IMG/VR virus record: IMGVR_UViG_3300017917_003066
Source: an uncultured virus (IMG/VR IMGVR_UViG_3300017917_003066)
Lineage: Duplodnaviria; Heunggongvirae; Uroviricota; Caudoviricetes
DNA: 64,000 nt
Reading direction: 5' to 3' (one strand)
Below, piece by piece: positions 58,709-64,000 of this stretch. A program made the translations under genes and the position numbers. The notes beneath the pieces were generated by a model. The model was not told the DNA's origin. It saw nothing but the letters and a program-made list of their open reading frames with translations, and did not search any database. The stretch's first letter is position 1. Each line of letters begins with the position of its first letter.

Positions 58709-59617
58709 ATGAAAAACATCAAAAACTACAAAGACTTCATAGAATCTAAGATAAACGAAGAAGAAGGATGGAAAGATGCACTAGTTGGAACTGCAATTGC
58801 GGCTGGTTCTTTACTACCAGGTCAGTTATCAGCTGAGCCTAAGGCACCAACTGAAATATCTTATGAGAAACCATCTGAAAAACAAATTGATGCAATAGAT
58901 TGGCCCTGGTCTAAAAAAACTAAAGTAGTTACAAAAAAAGTATCTACAGAGGAAGAATCTGAGAGACTTCAAAAAAGAGGATATAGTTTAGATTCGGTTA
59001 CTGTTGATACACTTTGGAATGAAGTTATAGTACAAAAACCAGATACAACTATTCACACAACTGAGATTAAATACAATGATAATCAGTTTTTTGCTTCTGG
59101 TGTTTACTCTATATCACCAGAAATGGCAGATAGTCTATCTGAAACTATTGGTTTTATTATTGAGAACAATGGTATTATATTAGGAGTTAATATAGAATCA
59201 TCAACTGATAGACAAGGTTTATCAATTAATCTTCAGAATAAATTAAAATCAGAAGGTTATGAACCAAATAATAAAGGTTTATCAAAGGCTAGATGTGAAT
59301 CAATATCTAGATATTTATCTAACAATGAAGGCATTGACTCAACAATTATAAGTTCAGAGCAAAAGTTTGAACAAGGACAAGAAATTAACGATCCAAATGC
59401 TAGATACGTTATTGTTAAAATTGTTTATATGGAAAAAAGTGTTATATCAACACCTGAGATAATAGAAAAAGTTCCTCAACTAAACAAAAAGTTCTATCTA
59501 TCTAAAGAAGTTGAGATTAAAAAGACACACAAGAAAAGACATCCACATATTAAGAAAAGATACAAAAAACATAAAATAAAACACTGTAAAAATATAACAA
59601 AGTGTTTTGAATTTTAA
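58709..59617 (+). CDS. N-tagged protein with divergent OmpA-C-like domain
   Basis: MKNIKNYKDFIES.INEE; SSTD...NKGLSKAR...YL...RYVIVKI. Confidence 0.55.
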   Translation: MKNIKNYKDFIESKINEEEGWKDALVGTAIAAGSLLPGQLSAEPKAPTEISYEKPSEKQIDAIDWPWSKKTKVVTKKVSTEEESERLQKRGYSLDSVTVDTLWNEVIVQKPDTTIHTTEIKYNDNQFFASGVYSISPEMADSLSETIGFIIENNGIILGVNIESSTDRQGLSINLQNKLKSEGYEPNNKGLSKARCESISRYLSNNEGIDSTIISSEQKFEQGQEINDPNARYVIVKIVYMEKSVISTPEIIEKVPQLNKKFYLSKEVEIKKTHKKRHPHIKKRYKKHKIKHCKNITKCFEF

Positions 59618-59647
59618 CAAAAAAAAAGAACTCTATGAGTTCTTTTT

Positions 59648-60163
59648 TTATTTTGTATCTATAAATACCATAGTATTGTAATTCTCGTAATGTTTTACGT
59701 TAACAAATCCACTTTTTGTAATAACTTGTTTACAAAAGAAACCAGCGTATTTAAATTTAGGATCTATAAGAACATTGTTGTGGTCTGGTGAGTTTTTCCA
59801 AGCTTCTACAATCTTATCTGCTAACTTATTAAGACTCAAACTATCACTGCTAATAATATTGAATGGTATAAAATTACAAACCTCACCAGCTTTATTAAAA
59901 TTATAATTACCAAAGTTGTTTAATCTATTAAACACATTCTCATATCCTTTTACATCTTGGTTGTGACCAACCATCTTTTCACTTGCTAAATAGGTTGCTT
60001 GGTTTTTTGCGGCTTTGTAACAAACACTATCAAACTCAACTTTGTTCAAACCTAAAGAAAGTCTATACTCATTTACTTTAACAAATACAAGACTATCAAC
60101 TTTTGATTGTGCAAAAACCGAACAAGTCAAGAATAAAAATAATATAGTGAATAGATTTTTCAT
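59648..60163 (-). CDS. CAP/SCP domain secreted protein
   Basis: VNEYR...GL, H, GEV, W.NSPDHNNVL; TATATTTG at 60168-60175. Confidence 0.85.
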   Translation of the reverse strand: MKNLFTILFLFLTCSVFAQSKVDSLVFVKVNEYRLSLGLNKVEFDSVCYKAAKNQATYLASEKMVGHNQDVKGYENVFNRLNNFGNYNFNKAGEVCNFIPFNIISSDSLSLNKLADKIVEAWKNSPDHNNVLIDPKFKYAGFFCKQVITKSGFVNVKHYENYNTMVFIDTK

Positions 60164-60192
60164 ATATCAAATATAGATTATTTTTTTAACTT

Positions 60193-60462
60193 TTACAACT
60201 TTGGTTTGCTTTTTTCTTTTAGTTTTGCGTTGTATATTTCGTGATCAGTCATACCGATATAAGGAGTAATTATTACTTTTTCTTCTTTACCTTTGAATGG
60301 TCTTTCGGTGTATTCCTCGTCAAGTTCTTGATTCTCTACAATAACGGTTTTTTTAACTGTTACGATTGGCTTTACTTTGTTAAGTAAAGTATCTTTAGTT
60401 ACTGTTTGTGTAAAAGCAACTAATGGAAAGAGTAATAATAGTGTAGTGATTAATTTTTTCAT
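60193..60462 (-). CDS. secreted hypothetical protein
   Basis: signal peptide; TATATTTG at 60467-60474. Confidence 0.65.
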   Translation of the reverse strand: MKKLITTLLLLFPLVAFTQTVTKDTLLNKVKPIVTVKKTVIVENQELDEEYTERPFKGKEEKVIITPYIGMTDHEIYNAKLKEKSKPKL

Positions 60463-60485
60463 ATATCAAATATACTAAATATTTT

Positions 60486-60692
60486 TCAATTATCAAAATA
60501 ATCTTCTTCATTATCATCATTTAAAATATCCTCATATATTTCAAGCTCTTCTAGTCTATATAATAGTTTTTCAACTTCAGACATTCTATCAAACTTTTCC
60601 CAATTTCTATTTCTACGAGCATATATAATTTGCTCAGTTGTTAGTTTTTCTAAAATTAAACTAATCTTATTATTGAGAATATCTTTATTCAT
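60486..60692 (-). CDS. hypothetical protein
   Basis: 68-aa ORF. Confidence 0.55.
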   Translation of the reverse strand: MNKDILNNKISLILEKLTTEQIIYARRNRNWEKFDRMSEVEKLLYRLEELEIYEDILNDDNEEDYFDN

Positions 60693-60741
60693 TATTTTTT
60701 TATATATTTAAACTTAAATTCTTAAAATTTATATAAATTAT

Positions 60742-60879
60742 ATGAAGTCATTCATTAAAAGATTTGAAAAGTGGTTTGACCTAAAACTAGGTTGGTTTTT
60801 CATTAACGGTAGAAAGCAAGAACAATGGTCTGAATACCTTAAAGAAAAATATCCTAATGATTACCAAAAATCAAAATAA
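60742..60879 (+). CDS. 45-aa peptide (absent from ORF track)
   Basis: MKSFIKRFEKWFDLKLGWFFINGRK... Confidence 0.45.
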   Translation: MKSFIKRFEKWFDLKLGWFFINGRKQEQWSEYLKEKYPNDYQKSK

Positions 60880-60895
60880 AAAAATATTTAAAATT

Positions 60896-61075
60896 ATGGG
60901 CGATGATGCAATGATGTCAGAAGCGGTAAGTTACCGTTATGAGAACAGGGAGTATTTGTTGAAAACAATTATGAATCAGTTAGGAATGACTGAGGGAGAT
61001 TTAGAAAACGATCCTTCTTGGGTAAGAGCTAAAGTTAGAGAAGCTAATATTGATAAAGTATTAGAAAATAACTAA
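60896..61075 (+). CDS. small protein with C-terminal tag
   Basis: ends REANIDKVLENN. Confidence 0.65.
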   Translation: MGDDAMMSEAVSYRYENREYLLKTIMNQLGMTEGDLENDPSWVRAKVREANIDKVLENN

Positions 61076-61079
61076 AAAG

Positions 61080-61107
61080 AAAAACCTCTCAAATTGAGAG
61101 GTTTTTT
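61080..61107. terminator. bidirectional intrinsic terminator
   Basis: A5-CCTCTCAA-a-TTGAGAGG-T-run. Confidence 0.75.
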
Positions 61108-61502
61108 TATTTCAATTTATGCCAGAATCTTTCTGGTAGGTGAATATTCTCAACAGAAACAGCATCTACAAACAAAGGTGCTACATCTTTTGGTTTCAAA
61201 CCTGCCAATCCACAACCAACCTCAGTTACTAAAAATGTTAAATCTGGTCTATTTTTAGCAAACTCAATAAAATCATCAACAAAAGGTTTTATTTCTTCAA
61301 TAGTTAGAGTTCTTCTTATTGAAGCATCTTTTGTAGGTATACCATAAGTTCTACCTTGTAGACCAGCAACTTGACCCCACCTAGCACCCCAACCTAATGC
61401 TGTTTTAGCAGCACCTTTACCGTGTCTACCTGACAGGTTTGATCCAAAGACAAATATGTGATTATCTGGTAGTTTAGTTATATTCTCAGGTGTTATTCTC
61501 AT
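61107..61502 (-). CDS. macro-like phage protein (A1S_2505-type)
   Basis: IFVFGSNLSGRHGKGAA, YGIPT, FLVTEVGCGLAG, IHLP. Confidence 0.7.
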   Translation of the reverse strand: MRITPENITKLPDNHIFVFGSNLSGRHGKGAAKTALGWGARWGQVAGLQGRTYGIPTKDASIRRTLTIEEIKPFVDDFIEFAKNRPDLTFLVTEVGCGLAGLKPKDVAPLFVDAVSVENIHLPERFWHKLK

Positions 61503-61900
61503 TTTACAAATTCTGATTTTTTTGTATCACCGTGTCTTTTTAAGTAACTAACAATACACTTAGCAGACGAATAGTTAGTTGCTAAAGGAACATCATGTAC
61601 ATTACACAAACGAGTTAACATCTGAACGTCAACTTCGTGAGGATGTGAGTAAAGAGGGTCTATAAAGAATAGTACGGCATCAATCTCACCAACTACAAGT
61701 TTAGCCGCTATTTGAGCGTCACCACCCATAGGACCTGATAATAAACATTCAACATCTAATCCAGCATTTTCAATGTGCTTTCCTGTTGTACCTGTTGCGT
61801 ATATTACAACTCCTTCTTGTTTGAAGAAGTCCATTCTTTTCATTATAAAGGCAACCATATCTGCCTTTTTATTATCGTGAGCGATTACTGCTATGTTCAT
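61499..61900 (-). CDS. mgsA: methylglyoxal synthase
   Basis: IAHDNKK, ATGTTG, SGPMGGDAQI, DPL..HPHEVDV, PLATN. Confidence 0.93.
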   Translation of the reverse strand: MNIAVIAHDNKKADMVAFIMKRMDFFKQEGVVIYATGTTGKHIENAGLDVECLLSGPMGGDAQIAAKLVVGEIDAVLFFIDPLYSHPHEVDVQMLTRLCNVHDVPLATNYSSAKCIVSYLKRHGDTKKSEFVK

Positions 61901-61907
61901 ATATTTA

Positions 61908-62501
61908 CTATTTTATAAAACCCAACTCTTTAAGTGATAGATAAGCAAAGTATCCACCAAATATAGCTAATATGATACTCCAAGTCATTAAAGCATAAAC
62001 AACAAGAGCTATTGAAAATACAACAGATATTTTAGATGCGATTCTCCTTGCTTGATATCTATTTTTACTAAGATTTGCATAACTTCTAACAATCTGACCA
62101 CCATCCATAGGATAAATTGGTAAAATATTAAAAATAAAAAGATAAGTATTGATTATAAACATTGAGTTTAAAAAATCAATAGGATAAAATATACTAGCAA
62201 TATAAGAAATAACGGCTAATATCAAAGTTGAAATAGGACCAGCTGCTGTGATGGGTATTGAATCTCTATCATGCATATTTGAGTCGATTGCCGCAGCACC
62301 TGATAACATATCTACTGTTATACTATGTACGGTGTAGCCTTTTCGGTTAGCCATCCAAGCGTGAGCCATTTCATGTATTAAAACTGAAATAAAAAGACCA
62401 ATAGTCACTTCAACGGAAAACATAAGAAAAAGTAGGAAAAACCACAAACTAAGGTAAACAGGAGTTCCTTGAAAATTGAATAATTTAAATGATTGCTTCA
62501 T
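61908..62501 (-). CDS. site-2 protease (peptidase M50)
   Basis: HEMAH, AAGP, FNILPIYPMDGG; multiple TMs. Confidence 0.9.
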   Translation of the reverse strand: MKQSFKLFNFQGTPVYLSLWFFLLFLMFSVEVTIGLFISVLIHEMAHAWMANRKGYTVHSITVDMLSGAAAIDSNMHDRDSIPITAAGPISTLILAVISYIASIFYPIDFLNSMFIINTYLFIFNILPIYPMDGGQIVRSYANLSKNRYQARRIASKISVVFSIALVVYALMTWSIILAIFGGYFAYLSLKELGFIK

Positions 62502-62561
62502 TGATATAATATTTTTTACAAATATAAGGAGTATTATCCGATTTATGAAATGTTTTAAAAT

Positions 62562-62590
62562 AAAAAAGACCCAGCTAAAAGCTGGGTCTT
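62562..62590. terminator. intrinsic terminator at the 3' end of the large ncRNA
   Basis: A6-GACCCAGC-taaaa-GCTGGGTC; U-tract on the minus strand. Confidence 0.8.
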
Positions 62591-62592
62591 AA

Positions 62593-63505
62593 AACGCTGA
62601 GATTACACGTTCAGTGTGACATCTTTGACTGGATTATTGTTTCCCAGTTTTATCCACCATCTTTTGAATGGTATCGTCACAGTGACGGTTAGTTAGACTA
62701 ACCACTTCTTGAGTTACTGAATACTCTCCACTTACTCTGCTTACTCAACCCTCGCAGGCTGATTCGGGCTTCGACCCCCTATAAGTTTTTCGATGAAATC
62801 ACATCAGCCTTTCGAGCATCAGTGGCTATGGACATCCCATAACTAAGTAGTCACCTTTCATCAGTAACTAGGTAACACTTTCGATTTTAGATTAAGTTTT
62901 TACGCCAAATGTAAAATTTAAGTGCTGTAGATTATGTCGAAGTAGTGGTTACCTCTCAGCTCCCAAAGCTTTTGACCTCAAGAATACTGGACTACTCCGT
63001 GTGATGCCTCCATCACAACTCTTTAAGATATCTTCACCACGACTCACCTTGCGGTTTATCTACACCCTTGGTAGAGTGATTAGTGTTCATTAACAGCACC
63101 ACCTGTACAACGAATTGTCTTTCGACTTTGAGACACCTCTCAAGTTGAAACTCGCAATTATAATGACTGGTGGGTCACCATTTCTTGCAAAATTTCTACA
63201 GGTTATTCTTATTGCTCTTCCGAACTCAACTGAACAATCTACACTTGCCCAGTCACTAATCCATTTCCCTACGGAGTTACCCTCAGTACTTCAGGCTTAG
63301 TGATATCCTGCTTGCTTACTCGACCTCAGTTACCCAAGACGCAGACACAATTTGCAGTTGTGTCCACTTTATCCCCCTTTCAAGGTTTATTTAACGACTA
63401 TAAGCGGCCGTTGCCTTCACATCAACCGAAGTTGATGATCCAACAATATCATTTAAGGCTCAATAGACCATCTGTCTACCAACTTTCGTCTCTTGTGAGA
63501 GAACC
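62593..63505 (-). ncRNA. large ornate non-coding RNA, possibly GOLLD-like (ends approximate)
   Basis: ~900 nt, GC-richer than flanks, no credible ORF, many hairpins and long-range complements, between a tRNA array and a terminator. Confidence 0.6.
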
Positions 63506-63580
63506 TTTTATTTCAAAGAACTTACTTTATATCCGACGTTTCGGAAAAGTTTAGAAATTTTTTTCAAATTTCTTTTTTAG

Positions 63581-63667
63581 TAGCGGGAGCAGGATTCGAA
63601 CCTGACGTGTCACTTGCGCAACCCTGGGTTATGAGCCCAGTGAGTTTGACCTCTACTCTACCCCGCG
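63581..63667 (-). tRNA. initiator-like tRNA-Met (CAT) with an atypical long variable arm
   Basis: C1:U72 mismatch; CTGGG-CTCATAA-CCCAG; extra GTTGC-GCAA-GTGAC hairpin; GGTTCGAATCC. Confidence 0.75.
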
Positions 63668-63676
63668 ATATATTTG

Positions 63677-63772
63677 TAGTCGGTAGTGGATTCGAACCAC
63701 TGTCTGATATCGGAAAAGATATCTGTCCTGTTCACTCGCGCGATTGTGAGTTTGCCACTAGACGAACCGGCC
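63677..63772 (-). ncRNA. tRNA-Glu-like RNA with ~25-nt D-loop insertion and 8-nt anticodon loop
   Basis: GGCCGGT TC GTCTAGTGG[ins]AGGAC A GATAT-CTTTTCCG-ATATC AGAC AGTGG-TTCGAAT-CCACT ACCGACT A. Confidence 0.7.
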
Positions 63773-63782
63773 ATATTTTTTG

Positions 63783-63946
63783 TAGCCCGTAGAGGATTCG
63801 AACACTCTGTTTTCTAACCGAAAAGTTAGACGTCCTAAACATCAGGTCATACTTATTTTGGGTGACGCTCCCAATGGTTACCAACTACTGGATAAGTATT
63901 TTTTTGACCGTCTGTTTCTCTTGCGAGTCCTGTAGACGAACGGGCC
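63783..63946 (-). ncRNA. tRNA-Glu-like RNA with ~90-nt structured D-loop insertion and 8-nt anticodon loop
   Basis: GGCCCGT TC GTCTACAGG[ins]AGGAC G TCTAA-CTTTTCGG-TTAGA AAAC T-arm ACGGGCT A. Confidence 0.7.
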
Positions 63947-63956
63947 ATATTTTTTG

Positions 63957-64000
63957 TAGTCGGTAGAGGATTCGAACCTCTGTCTGATATCGGAAAAGAT
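63957..64000 (-). ncRNA. third tRNA-Glu-like copy, truncated by window end
   Basis: matches 63677-63720 except for one compensatory T-stem pair. Confidence 0.65.

Noticed and set aside
62593..63505. Large non-coding region as rRNA, RNase P RNA, tmRNA or a self-splicing intron
   Set aside because: I could not find the RNase P GAGGAAAGUCC signature, tmRNA ends, rRNA signatures or an interrupted host gene; only a covariance search can fully exclude these.
63115..63792. Three short plus-strand ORFs (61, 84 and 61 aa)
   Set aside because: Non-ATG starts, atypical composition, and antisense to the structured RNA and tRNA-like genes.
1..64000. Alternative genetic code (TAG or TGA recoding) as in some large Bacteroidota phages
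   Set aside because: Known enzymes are full length in code 11, coding density is high, and both TGA and TAG end genes at sensible positions.

Overview
A 64-kb, AT-rich, gene-dense accessory segment of a very large tailed phage genome. The host is most likely Bacteroidota: TAnnTTTG promoters, T9SS-like C-terminal domains and no consistent Shine-Dalgarno sites point that way. No capsid, terminase or portal genes are visible. Recognisable genes include RNase HI, a DRB0094-type RNA ligase, patatin, LemA/TPM, an ATP-grasp protein, a non-specific endonuclease, a tandem GT9/heptosyltransferase, IscA, MgsA, an M50 protease, tail-collar/LamG/Ser-Gly-Thr-repeat virion-type proteins and a canonical tRNA-Ser. 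Three patterns go beyond the gene list. (1) There are two mutually exclusive short peptide tags. About 28 proteins, mostly behind a TAATATATA phage-type promoter, start with M-[KR]-[YH]-[LI]-K-x-[FY]...E, resembling the T4 capsid-targeting sequence. About 29 other, largely unrelated proteins, mostly in host-promoter operons, end in R-x-x-[KQ]-[LI]-x-x-[LI]-[LG]. (2) There is an array of remodelled tRNA-like RNAs: tRNA-Glu bodies with 8-nt anticodon loops and structured D-loop insertions, an initiator-like tRNA with a long variable arm, and a Leu-like RNA with a D-loop hairpin. (3) A ~900-nt ornate non-coding RNA, possibly GOLLD-like, lies directly downstream of that array. All family calls come from motif recognition by eye; no database searches were run.
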